Shown here: piece by piece, positions 28,866 through 37,660 of the stretch
Position numbering within the stretch: the first letter of the stretch is position 1
Layout of the letters: each line of letters begins with the position of its first letter
Made by a program: the position numbers and the translations under genes
Virus record (IMG/VR): IMGVR_UViG_3300025732_000035
Coordinates: 9,131-73,130 of that record
DNA from: a virus
Reading direction: 5' to 3' (one strand)
Length of the DNA stretch: 64,000 bases
Notes under the pieces: generated by a model
What the model saw: only the letters and a program-made list of their open reading frames with translations
What the model was told of the DNA's origin: nothing
Databases searched by the model: none

Positions 28866-29365
28866 GCTTCTACAGCCTCCTGCGTCTCAGCATTTTGCTC
28901 TTCAGCAATAAATTCAACCACTTTTGCAATGGCTTTGCGGGGAAGATTTTTGGTGTCTTCAATCTCCCAATCGCCAAGATCTTGCCATTCGCCATCAATA
29001 AGGCCTTGGCCACGAGAGCGAATAAAGGCAGTGACCATACGGGCATTAGTGGCTTCCACCGATGATCCGCTGGTAATCATACTCAGCGTTTCTTCCGTGA
29101 ACTCAGAGAGCAGCTCAGCTTCTGAAATGGAACCACCGCCCTGCAACAGTGCAAAGGCCTCGTCCAAGGGAATCTCACGGGAGGCGGCAATGCGCTTCGC
29201 AAGCTGAACAGCACGAATAGTAGCTTGGCTTTGCAGTTTGCTGATTTCCTCCTGCTCAATGGATTCAGCAACAAGCCAACTGCCATATTTCTTCAGACGG
29301 ATTTCGGGCAGCAGCTCAAAATAGCCTTCAGTCTTGGTTTGAACTAGGAAGCTGTATTTGCTCAT
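28832..29365 (-). CDS. Tail assembly chaperone (G-like)
   Basis: Lies before the tape measure gene; slippery site near its 3' end. Confidence 0.8.
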   Translation of the reverse strand: MSKYSFLVQTKTEGYFELLPEIRLKKYGSWLVAESIEQEEISKLQSQATIRAVQLAKRIAASREIPLDEAFALLQGGGSISEAELLSEFTEETLSMITSGSSVEATNARMVTAFIRSRGQGLIDGEWQDLGDWEIEDTKNLPRKAIAKVVEFIAEEQNAETQEAVEAKKAAKRNGPQ

Positions 29366-29591
29366 GATCGAGAATGTTTAACAATGCGTTGAACACCTTC
29401 ACTCGCTCATGAGAAGAGCGAAATTCTGGCGGCACTTCAATCAGCATTGAATGATTGTCGTTGCTAATTCTAATGGTCATTTCCCTGCAAGAAACAAGAC
29501 AAAGGATGCCCACTTCCAAAGCAGCGCCATCAATCAAGCAATTAATGGCATGTACTGTATTATCAGCACTCCATAAATAGTCGATTTTCAT
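29328..29591 (-). CDS. Hypothetical protein
   Basis: Overlapping ORF in the tail operon. Confidence 0.5.
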   Translation of the reverse strand: MKIDYLWSADNTVHAINCLIDGAALEVGILCLVSCREMTIRISNDNHSMLIEVPPEFRSSHERVKVFNALLNILDHEQIQLPSSNQD

Positions 29592-30049
29592 CGTCCCATC
29601 GCAGAACGAATGCGCTGTAGAAGCCGTTGTTTAATAGCGCTTTGCTCAAACCGGCTTGGAATGGCAACATCTTGAGTCCATGGTCTAGCAAATGGCACGT
29701 TTGTTCCTCTCAATGCGTCGTGTACGTATCGAGCATAAGGCTGGCCGCTGCTATTGGTGGCGTCCCAATTCCAAGTGGCTTCAGCGCCAGATGAAGACAA
29801 AGACACGTCAAAGCTATCTCTTCCACTCTTGTAAAGATCGCCAAGATCATAAATATCACGAACACCTGCATTAACAAAGTCTCCATTTTTCCTCTTCGTA
29901 TCCCTTCCATAATCCCATTTCTCCTCAAAGAATTGATCACGAAAGTGATCATTCACATCAAAGCGTGTCCAAGTTTTAAAAGCTTTTGCAAGCTTATTGA
30001 CGAGGTCTTCAGGATTAACAAAACTACCACCAGTGATAATTGCCGACAT
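29588..30049 (-). CDS. Tail completion/neck protein (HK97 gp10-like)
   Basis: RDIYDLGDLYKS, YARYVH, ARPW. Confidence 0.65.
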   Translation of the reverse strand: MSAIITGGSFVNPEDLVNKLAKAFKTWTRFDVNDHFRDQFFEEKWDYGRDTKRKNGDFVNAGVRDIYDLGDLYKSGRDSFDVSLSSSGAEATWNWDATNSSGQPYARYVHDALRGTNVPFARPWTQDVAIPSRFEQSAIKQRLLQRIRSAMGR

Positions 30050-30459
30050 TAGCTTGCTGGATACAATTGTTTAACAATGCGATCAGGAATGATAAATTTA
30101 CATTGCTCGTAGGCAATATCGTCGCCAGGAAAGTATGACGGAGTGCAATCAGGAAACCTCCTAACCATTCTTTCCATCGCTTCATTTAATGTGGCACTGC
30201 TTGGCGTAAACTGGGCCAGTCTCACTTCCCACAACTGATTAACTTGCACCATTCCTACCATGGCGCGAGGTAGCCGATTAGGGAATTCTTGCATGGTCAC
30301 TTCTAGCCCTTTCGCTTTCCATTCCTTTGGTACGCTTTGCCTGCCCACTACATACACAGCAGGAAGCGTTGAATTATTTGGCAGTGTATAAGTGCCAATA
30401 AGATTAGGCGATGCAGAAAGCAGCTCAGTAACAGTTTCTCGCAGTTGTGAAATGTTCAT
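30049..30459 (-). CDS. Tail terminator-like protein
   Basis: Synteny and size; LPAVYV. Confidence 0.5.
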   Translation of the reverse strand: MNISQLRETVTELLSASPNLIGTYTLPNNSTLPAVYVVGRQSVPKEWKAKGLEVTMQEFPNRLPRAMVGMVQVNQLWEVRLAQFTPSSATLNEAMERMVRRFPDCTPSYFPGDDIAYEQCKFIIPDRIVKQLYPAS

Positions 30460-30460
30460 T

Positions 30461-30488
30461 AAAAAGCCTGTCCCCGTAGGGACAGGCT
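30461..30488 (-). terminator. Terminator after the major tail gene
   Basis: AGCCTGTCCC-4 nt loop-GGGACAGGCT with U-tract on the minus strand. Confidence 0.8.
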
Positions 30489-30509
30489 AGCGAAGATTCA
30501 ATGGAAGAA

Positions 30510-31088
30510 TCAGGAATTAGGAGCTGTCGGGATGATGCTGCCAGTTTCAGAGGCATTCTGATGAATGCCAATGCGACCACGACTGGTAAGATCAAACGTC
30601 ACTTCCACGAGATTATCAGCGGGATAGCTCTCGTTGTAGTTCATCACGCAAGCAACAAATGCCACGCGATCATAGTAGTAAGTGTTGCCAGAAGCGCCAA
30701 GCTGTTTATTAATCTCCACGTACACTTCGTGGTTCTTGTCGTAACGGCTAGCACTCACTGCCTGGAAAGCTTCATCAAAGCTGTTCGGCAGGAACACAGT
30801 GCCATCAACATCCTTCTGGAAGTAGGAAGTAATGGAAGCAGTGGCTTGACTGGTAGTGATCACGCTATCAGCAAAACCACCGCCGCCCAGCAGGTAAAAT
30901 TCTTGGTTGCCATCGTTAAAGGCAACAGAGGCAGTAGTAGCTGCCTGCAGAGTATAGAGAGTAGGAGCGCCGCTAACGGTGAAAGTGGCACCACTTTGAG
31001 TGATGATGGGACGAGAAGTGCCGCCAATGGAGCCCACGCGGACAATCACGTCCTGGCTCTTCACTAGCTCAGTGGGATGGTAGAGCAT
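30510..31088 (-). CDS. Major tail (tube) protein
   Basis: Position, trailing terminator, YNESYPADNLVEVTFDLTSRG. Confidence 0.75.
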   Translation of the reverse strand: MLYHPTELVKSQDVIVRVGSIGGTSRPIITQSGATFTVSGAPTLYTLQAATTASVAFNDGNQEFYLLGGGGFADSVITTSQATASITSYFQKDVDGTVFLPNSFDEAFQAVSASRYDKNHEVYVEINKQLGASGNTYYYDRVAFVACVMNYNESYPADNLVEVTFDLTSRGRIGIHQNASETGSIIPTAPNS

Positions 31089-31115
31089 GAGAAATTCCTC
31101 AATGAAAGAAGAGAG

Positions 31116-31505
31116 TTAAGCGTTGTCCACGCTTCCTTTGCCAATTAGTCTAAAAATTCCCCTAATTGGCGTGCCTAAGAATTGCCAATAGTGAATAGCA
31201 ATTTGTTCATTCGGCAATAGTTCAAACCTTCCTTCTCTTCCATTGATAATTGCCTGAGCACTATCACCAACAGTCACGCCAGACAACGTGAGGGGACTGG
31301 TCATCCTGCCTTCCATGTAGACAGCAGTCAGATCAGCCCCCAATAGTTGGTCGTAACGGGGATTTTGCTTTTGCTTAAGCGTGGCGTAAAACGTCACACC
31401 AGAAGAAACCGGAACATAATTACCAGTTTCGCTATCAAGAGCATAGCCCGAAGCCACATGAAACACCAAGGTGGCATTAGCAAGTGGCTCCAGGAAATTA
31501 CTCAC
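31116..31505 (-). CDS. Head closure / head-tail joining protein
   Basis: Synteny; beta-rich, 129 aa. Confidence 0.55.
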   Translation of the reverse strand: MSNFLEPLANATLVFHVASGYALDSETGNYVPVSSGVTFYATLKQKQNPRYDQLLGADLTAVYMEGRMTSPLTLSGVTVGDSAQAIINGREGRFELLPNEQIAIHYWQFLGTPIRGIFRLIGKGSVDNA

Positions 31506-31813
31506 ACGACAAACCCAACGGAAGAAAGAGGAAGATTATTGGTCATTCGTTTAAACTCCTGACCGTATTGAGTGGCATCAAGCCCCTCGCCATATACCTT
31601 GCCATCAGTGGCACCAATTTGAATGCCCATTTGAGCAAGTTGAATGGCAATAATATGAGCAGCAAGAAATTTGACTGCCCTATCAGTTTGATCCCCAAAT
31701 ACATCACTAGAAGCATCGTAAGAAGCTTCCGTAATGGCACCATTAACAATGCCAGAAGGATGTGGACTGAATTCAGGAAAGCGCTCAAGAAAGCTTGCGT
31801 AGGTAACTGCCAT
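31502..31813 (-). CDS. Head-tail adaptor (DUF4054-like)
   Basis: FLERFPEF, LAAH, TQYGQEF. Confidence 0.8.
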   Translation of the reverse strand: MAVTYASFLERFPEFSPHPSGIVNGAITEASYDASSDVFGDQTDRAVKFLAAHIIAIQLAQMGIQIGATDGKVYGEGLDATQYGQEFKRMTNNLPLSSVGFVV

Positions 31814-31815
31814 AA

Positions 31816-32202
31816 TCAGGCTTTCCCAATACGAATGGCTTCAATGCGCTTTGCAATGGCATTCCTCACGCGAATGCGCCCTTCAATCTTCTTCCAATCT
31901 GCCAGACGATCTGGATCATGGATGAGTTCAATGGCGCGAATAGCTTGCGTAAGGGGAAGTTCGCTAAGGCTTTGAACATTTTCAGGCAGGTCTTCTACCA
32001 TCACTTGTTCTTTCATTTCTTCAATGGCACCAATAGCAAGAAGCTTTTTAACAGTGCCGTTTTCCTTCGCTTCCTTCCATTTTTCATCAGGAATTTCCTG
32101 ATTAAGACCAGGCGTCAGTTGAATGAGCCCGCTCTTGGTAATAATGCCAAACCCTGCATCACGAGGGGGATTTTCAAGTTCGGGACGATAAGCAATCAGC
32201 AT
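31816..32202 (-). CDS. Hypothetical head-module protein
   Basis: Directly after the major capsid gene. Confidence 0.65.
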   Translation of the reverse strand: MLIAYRPELENPPRDAGFGIITKSGLIQLTPGLNQEIPDEKWKEAKENGTVKKLLAIGAIEEMKEQVMVEDLPENVQSLSELPLTQAIRAIELIHDPDRLADWKKIEGRIRVRNAIAKRIEAIRIGKA

Positions 32203-32258
32203 TGTTCAAGAAAAACAATTGCTAATAGCTTAACGTCCATCTTCTTGATTAACTATCC

Positions 32259-33167
32259 TCAGCTAGACGCTTGAACGTAGATCATGCTCTTGGGATAGTA
32301 CAGAGCAACACCACCCACACGGGCATGAGCAGGAACGATGAATTCCAGACCACGTTGCTGGGGCGGGAACAGCTCAAGGGGCTGAGGAATGTGCAGTTGC
32401 ACCTTCTCAGGATCACGCTTGTACACCACCATGCGGTCTGTGTTCAGCGGGCTGTTGTCAGCTTCCAACTGGTTAATGGGCTCAACGTTGCGGATATAAG
32501 GGTTGGTACGCAGGAAGTACTCAAGCACGGTCACGTCCGAAGAGTCGGAATTGCGAGTGGTGCTAATCTTGTTGTAATCCGCGTAGGACAGCAAGATGGT
32601 ATCGGGCTGTTCCTTCATCTTGGAGCCGTTGATAATGGCAGTCACGCCATAGTTCAGCAGTTCCAGCATTTCCTGAGCGGTGGTGCCGGCAGTGGTGAAC
32701 CACTTATCAGCAGCAACAACGTCCACAGTTGAGTTGTTGAAGAAGCCAGCGAGACCCACAGAGCTTTCGCCGAAGAAAGCCAGGCTCTCCACTTTCTCTT
32801 CATAGGCACGACGCACAGCAGCAGCACGACGCTGCTCCAGGGCGATGTTCGCCATTTGAGCAGCACGCAGTTCTTGCACGGTGTAGCCAAAGCTGCCACC
32901 GAAAGAACGGATGTTGATGCTCTTCTCCACTTGGCTGATGTCAGCACGGGGCAGATCATCGGCAGCGTCCGCAATCAGACGGAACTCACCAGTGGAGTCC
33001 ATGATGCGATAGGTGAAGGTCTGGGCGCCAGGACCAGCTTCAGCAGTGACGGGAAGAACAGTGGGATATTTAATATCCGCATACTGCACTTCAAAAACTT
33101 GGGGGCGAATGTACTCAAGCTGACGCTCAAGGAACAGGCCCGCATCATCCATACGGAATTCAGACAT
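32259..33167 (-). CDS. Major capsid protein (DUF2184/HK97 fold)
   Basis: AGGAGG SD before ATG 33167; FLERQLEYI, ADDLPRAD, GYTVQELRAA, GGVALYYP. Confidence 0.92.
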   Translation of the reverse strand: MSEFRMDDAGLFLERQLEYIRPQVFEVQYADIKYPTVLPVTAEAGPGAQTFTYRIMDSTGEFRLIADAADDLPRADISQVEKSINIRSFGGSFGYTVQELRAAQMANIALEQRRAAAVRRAYEEKVESLAFFGESSVGLAGFFNNSTVDVVAADKWFTTAGTTAQEMLELLNYGVTAIINGSKMKEQPDTILLSYADYNKISTTRNSDSSDVTVLEYFLRTNPYIRNVEPINQLEADNSPLNTDRMVVYKRDPEKVQLHIPQPLELFPPQQRGLEFIVPAHARVGGVALYYPKSMIYVQASS

Positions 33168-33183
33168 TTTTAAGAGCCTCCTA

Positions 33184-33744
33184 TCAAGAATCAGCAGAGA
33201 GGGTGAAGCTCGGACCATTCAGCTCCAGAACAGCAAGGCCGCTGCCAGTAGTGGAGGTGAGGAAACGAGCGTTAGCGAGGCGAACAGTTTTGCCCGATGC
33301 AAAAGCATGAGAGAACTGACCGGCCTTGCCAGTGCCGCTAGCGGAATACAGCACACGCACGGGAGATGCGGGAGTAACAGCGCCAGTCACATAAACGGCA
33401 ACTGCACCTTCATTGGCCACGTTCATGGCTTGCTGGTTCTTCACGCCAGGACGGTTATTTGCGTCCAGAGCGGTTTCATCAACATAGGTGAGGACGTTAA
33501 CGCCCAGCACGGTATCAGAAGTGCCAGAAATGGTGGTAGCAGAATTGGCAACAGTGCCAGCAGTGTTGTACACAGCCAGATTGCCAAAAGGAATAACAGC
33601 GCCGGTCTCGTTGAGCCGGGTGGTGATAGTGTTGTCGCGGATGTCAGACAGTTGACCTTCCAGCAGTGCATTGTGCTGCAGGCTATAAGCCTGCTGCACG
33701 CCACCAGCGGAGGCGGTGCCCGAAGCAGAGAAAGTTACGGCCAT
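33184..33744 (-). CDS. Capsid decoration/cement protein
   Basis: Between scaffold and capsid genes; IPFG, GAVAV, LANARF. Confidence 0.75.
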   Translation of the reverse strand: MAVTFSASGTASAGGVQQAYSLQHNALLEGQLSDIRDNTITTRLNETGAVIPFGNLAVYNTAGTVANSATTISGTSDTVLGVNVLTYVDETALDANNRPGVKNQQAMNVANEGAVAVYVTGAVTPASPVRVLYSASGTGKAGQFSHAFASGKTVRLANARFLTSTTGSGLAVLELNGPSFTLSADS

Positions 33745-33746
33745 AA

Positions 33747-34940
33747 TTACTTAGCCTCCTTGGAGATGGAAAGGGGCTTCTTCCAAGCATTCTGCAGCAT
33801 GTCCATATAGGACGAAGGTGCAGACACGGGAGAAGCAATGGAAGCTACGACTTTGCGCAGCTCATCAGTGGTGGCAGAATCTTTGCGACCCTCAGAGAGA
33901 GTATCAAACATTGCTTGCACGTAGTCATCGCTCTTCTCGGAAAGATCAAGCTCGTCACCACGTACTGCCTTAATGGAATCAACCATCACTTCACGGGCAG
34001 TTTTGCCAGCGAAAGCGTAAGCAGCATCGAGAACAGGCTTAGCCTTCTCGATGAGAGCAACGCGCTCTTCCACCATGGAATCAAGATTGATTTCCTTGGA
34101 AGCTACCAGTTCAGCGTTCAGCTCTTCAATTTGCTCAGCTAGGGCATCGGCGCGACCTTCGGCAGCGTCCATTTTGCCCTTCATTTCTTTTTCCATGGCA
34201 TCCATTTCTTCCTTCATTTTGGAAGCTTCAGTCACCATGCCATCGTACTTTTTCTTCATGTCTTCGTAAGACATACGGCCATCTTCCCGTTCTTTGGTGA
34301 TCGCAAGAGCAACGCTCTCACTCACCTCAAACTCGGCGCCGTCAAATACGACTTTTGCAGTCATAAGACGTTCCTCGGTGTTTTGAATTAAAGAGGGGTC
34401 AGCAGCATCTTGTCGATCAAGATGGAGCTTCACCTGTGGGCCAGCACGGCCCCGTCGAACAACGGCGATGTGATTTCCAACGATTTCCTTTTGGATGCCG
34501 TCGTAATGCTCACCGCTATCGGTAACGCCAGGTGTAGGGTCATAACTGACTCGATAACCAGCGCTAACTTCACGAGCATCGCCGCGCATAATACGATCAA
34601 TGGCGTCTTGATCTGTGATTGTCATCACAGCCTTGACGAAACCATTGTCATACACCACTTCAGTGCTGCTAAATCCTACTTGGTAGTCTTTAGTATTGTT
34701 AGCATCTAAAAGAACGGGCGGATGTTCGGCGGTTACGGCCTTGCCAGCAAAAGAGGCTAGGCTCGCGGGAGAGGCCACTTCTTCTTCAGGTCTATATTCG
34801 CGACGCACTGAACCATCAGCATCTGTATAGAGCTGAATACCAGTGCGAGCAATAGAGGCCCATGCCCGAAGATAACCTTCAGGCGTCACCTCATATTTCT
34901 CAATGGGAGAGAAATCGTAGCGACAAGATGTGGTGCTCAT
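33747..34940 (-). CDS. DUF2213 prohead protease/scaffold protein
   Basis: TPEGYL, ARTGIQLY, VTAEHP, EVSAGY, GNHIAVVRRGRAG; coiled-coil C-terminus. Confidence 0.9.
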   Translation of the reverse strand: MSTTSCRYDFSPIEKYEVTPEGYLRAWASIARTGIQLYTDADGSVRREYRPEEEVASPASLASFAGKAVTAEHPPVLLDANNTKDYQVGFSSTEVVYDNGFVKAVMTITDQDAIDRIMRGDAREVSAGYRVSYDPTPGVTDSGEHYDGIQKEIVGNHIAVVRRGRAGPQVKLHLDRQDAADPSLIQNTEERLMTAKVVFDGAEFEVSESVALAITKEREDGRMSYEDMKKKYDGMVTEASKMKEEMDAMEKEMKGKMDAAEGRADALAEQIEELNAELVASKEINLDSMVEERVALIEKAKPVLDAAYAFAGKTAREVMVDSIKAVRGDELDLSEKSDDYVQAMFDTLSEGRKDSATTDELRKVVASIASPVSAPSSYMDMLQNAWKKPLSISKEAK

Positions 34941-35002
34941 ATACTCACTTTATCAATAAACTTAGTTTATTATAAAAACAACTATTCAGAACTGACTAGG
35001 AA

Positions 35003-35287
35003 ATGATGTTTCTCAAGAAGAGCGGCGCCGATGTGCTTAAAATGCCCCATCAGCAAGCTCGCCTACTCATTGCTTCTCGCATTAAAGAAGCCCGCCTTAA
35101 CAGCGGGCTTTCACAGAAGAATGTAGCAGAAGCTTTACATACAAGTCAGAGTTCTTATTCTCGAATGGAACGCGCTGAACTGGCTCCTGACTGCGTGCAA
35201 ATTCGCACTCTCAGCGGTCTCTATGGAATAAGCGTACTGTGGCTGATGGGCTACCCATCGTTCATTCTCAATACGAAGCGCGATTAA
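35003..35287 (+). CDS. XRE-family HTH regulator
   Basis: RIKEARLNSGLSQKNVAEAL..SQSSYSRMER. Confidence 0.88.
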   Translation: MMFLKKSGADVLKMPHQQARLLIASRIKEARLNSGLSQKNVAEALHTSQSSYSRMERAELAPDCVQIRTLSGLYGISVLWLMGYPSFILNTKRD

Positions 35288-35598
35288 TCTTCGTCCTCAT
35301 CGTCGTCGTCGCGAATATCACGAAGCTGGTCTTCAATGCCTTCCATGATGTACGATTTTGCCATTGCCTCAATTTCAAACGTTAAAAACTTAGTTGGCTC
35401 AAAATGAGGATCAGGCTTTTCGTAAACGCTCATTACATAGATGTGAGTTTCGTCTAGCCGACCATTTTTAAAGCATTGCTTCTCAACTAGCTCCCAGCGT
35501 GAAGTATTGCGATGCTCGTTAGAAGAAAGAATAGACAACGCCTGCAAAAGACCAATACCTTCATCCTCTTGTTCGATGACGCGCACGTATTCGCTCAT
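35284..35598 (-). CDS. Acidic hypothetical protein
   Basis: ATGA overlap with the upstream ORF. Confidence 0.6.
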   Translation of the reverse strand: MSEYVRVIEQEDEGIGLLQALSILSSNEHRNTSRWELVEKQCFKNGRLDETHIYVMSVYEKPDPHFEPTKFLTFEIEAMAKSYIMEGIEDQLRDIRDDDDEDED

Positions 35599-35954
35599 TG
35601 ATCTTTGTTTCGACTTTCCAGCATTTTAATGATGCGTCGAGCCCAAGACTCTCCCGCATCGCCGCCCCATAAATCCCAGCTAATTTTTCCTGCATCATCT
35701 TCTCCACCGCTTTTATTCTTTCGATGGCGAGAGAAGAAAGCTGCCATACGCTTGATAGTGGCATAACTAACTTTTTCTCCGTTGGCCAAGCTTGTAGCCC
35801 TAGCCACTCCACTGCCAATACCCTGCTTCCCCGCCTCCTGCGTCGTTAAACCGCCTTTGCCGTGTTTCCTGCGCAGCTCCAAGCCACGACGGGCAGCGCT
35901 CCTTACGGCAGGAGGAGGGGAGAAGCTTTCAGCGTCTCCCCTCAGCGCTTTTTT
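35595..35954 (-). CDS. Basic head-associated domain, probably translated by -1 frameshift
   Basis: GVARA..IKRMAAFFSRH..WDLWGGDAG; no ATG near the 5' end. Confidence 0.75.
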   Translation of the reverse strand, partial: KKALRGDAESFSPPPAVRSAARRGLELRRKHGKGGLTTQEAGKQGIGSGVARATSLANGEKVSYATIKRMAAFFSRHRKNKSGGEDDAGKISWDLWGGDAGESWARRIIKMLESRNKDQ

Positions 35955-36205
35955 CCGCAACTCCCATCCATTTCCCCTTCTTCTTCCTGTTCCTCTTCTT
36001 CTCCGGCTAGCTCCTTAAAGAAGCCCATGTAATACTCATCGCTCATATCTTTTTTCGGTTTGCGTGACATACCAGCTTCGGACAGGGCAATTGCCAGCGC
36101 CTGCTTCGGGCTCTTAACTGGTTCACCACTGCTGCTCTTAAGCTTGCCACCCTTAAATTCGCGCATTACCTTGGCAATTTTTGCCTGCTTTTCTTTCTTG
36201 GTCAT
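35942..36205 (-). CDS. DUF6496-like small protein
   Basis: KVMREFKGGKLKSSSG..KQALAIALSEAG. Confidence 0.75.
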   Translation of the reverse strand: MTKKEKQAKIAKVMREFKGGKLKSSSGEPVKSPKQALAIALSEAGMSRKPKKDMSDEYYMGFFKELAGEEEEQEEEGEMDGSCGKKR

Positions 36206-36231
36206 GGTCTAAATGCTTTTCTTAAGCATAA

Positions 36232-36948
36232 TCAATGGATGAATCCTATAGGAGCAGTGGCGATGTTCATGTCAGGAAAAAGTTTGTCACGATACAAAAC
36301 CATGCCAGTAATGAGACGTTCAGCAATAAAAGCTAACGCTCGCTTGTCATAGCCTCCAATGCGAAGAAACTGCTTTTCATGTTTGTGCCAAATAGGAGCT
36401 AGAGCTACAAACAATGTGCTCATAAATTGCTTGTACTGAACATTACTTCCTCTGGCCATATTGCAGCCAATAAAGCTGTTCTGTTTCCAAATGGCATCAA
36501 TTTCTTCCCTTGAAAAAATCCAGCTTCCCGAATCTGCAATTTCCCTGGTGATAGCAGGAGCATCAAAAGCAGAATGTCCACCATAGAACTGCTGCTCTAG
36601 CGTGCAACTAAACAATGCAGGCTCCGGGAAATACAACGTATTTTTGTCGTACCATTGATCATTTGGCTCTAACCAATTGCGTCTGTATTGTGCATTGCCG
36701 ATGTTCTTTTCATTCGCATTGAGAATCATCCAAGAAATGCAAGACAGCTCTCCCCATCGACTATTGCGAGTGGAAAGAGAAGCATTCTCATCATCAAATA
36801 CATAACCTTCCCCACGGAGCGTTTCACGCTCCTCACTAGACAAAGCATATGCTCCTCCCATGATGGGAACAATACGAGAGCGAGCTTCATACCTCACCTT
36901 CTCACCAGGAATACACACGGCATAAATGGTGCAATCAGACGGTTGCAT
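36232..36948 (-). CDS. DUF4422-like putative glycosyltransferase
   Basis: NSRWGELS, IGNAQYRR, CNM, RALAFIAERL. Confidence 0.7.
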   Translation of the reverse strand: MQPSDCTIYAVCIPGEKVRYEARSRIVPIMGGAYALSSEERETLRGEGYVFDDENASLSTRNSRWGELSCISWMILNANEKNIGNAQYRRNWLEPNDQWYDKNTLYFPEPALFSCTLEQQFYGGHSAFDAPAITREIADSGSWIFSREEIDAIWKQNSFIGCNMARGSNVQYKQFMSTLFVALAPIWHKHEKQFLRIGGYDKRALAFIAERLITGMVLYRDKLFPDMNIATAPIGFIH

Positions 36949-37660
36949 AGACTTTCCTCGTAGCCCAAAGCTCGTTGTAATTGTTCACGCCCCTAGCACC
37001 AAGCCCGGTAAGATCGCCGCCTCCTGCAGGCTTGCTCCAGGCCATAATCGTACCATCGGGAAGCACAAACGCTCTGTTCTTCTGGCCATGCGTAGGCGTC
37101 AATTCAAGGTAGTCACCGTAGACAAAATTGGCTTGACTGCCATTTACGGCAAGCGCTTTACCTAAAAGAGTGGGGCCGGTGGGACATAATGGCGTGATGC
37201 CATAGTATTGCTCAATGCAATTGGCCACAATCATTTCAATGGCAGTTTGTAGTGCTGCATTGTCTGGCTTGGAATAGAGCACGGTTGTAGCGCAGGCCCA
37301 GCTTGTGTAGCTAAAGCGTTGGATATCACGAAAAGCCAAGAATTCAATGCGATCACCAAGATCCACTGCATTAAAAGCTCTCACGCCAATGTCAAAATAC
37401 CAGCCGCCAAGCTTGTTCAGCAGGCAGAATCGGCCAAGATCCGCCTTGTAAGAAAATGGCACCAAGCAATCATATGCCCATACCACTTCCTCCCCATAGT
37501 TCTCAGCGATGAAAGCGCGAAGCGCGTCGTTGTTGTAAATAACATGCTCAGCATTAGGGAAGCATGCATCAATAGTTCCCGTGGCATGCTTAAGAAATGG
37601 ACTCAGTTCTTCCGCCGGATCGGTAGAAAGAAAGATTTGTGAAATTTGCATGGCGATCAA
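36935..37660 (-). CDS. GT32/OCH1-like glycosyltransferase
   Basis: KADLGRFCLL..GGWYFDI, PTGPTLL. Confidence 0.85.
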   Translation of the reverse strand: MIAMQISQIFLSTDPAEELSPFLKHATGTIDACFPNAEHVIYNNDALRAFIAENYGEEVVWAYDCLVPFSYKADLGRFCLLNKLGGWYFDIGVRAFNAVDLGDRIEFLAFRDIQRFSYTSWACATTVLYSKPDNAALQTAIEMIVANCIEQYYGITPLCPTGPTLLGKALAVNGSQANFVYGDYLELTPTHGQKNRAFVLPDGTIMAWSKPAGGGDLTGLGARGVNNYNELWATRKVYATV

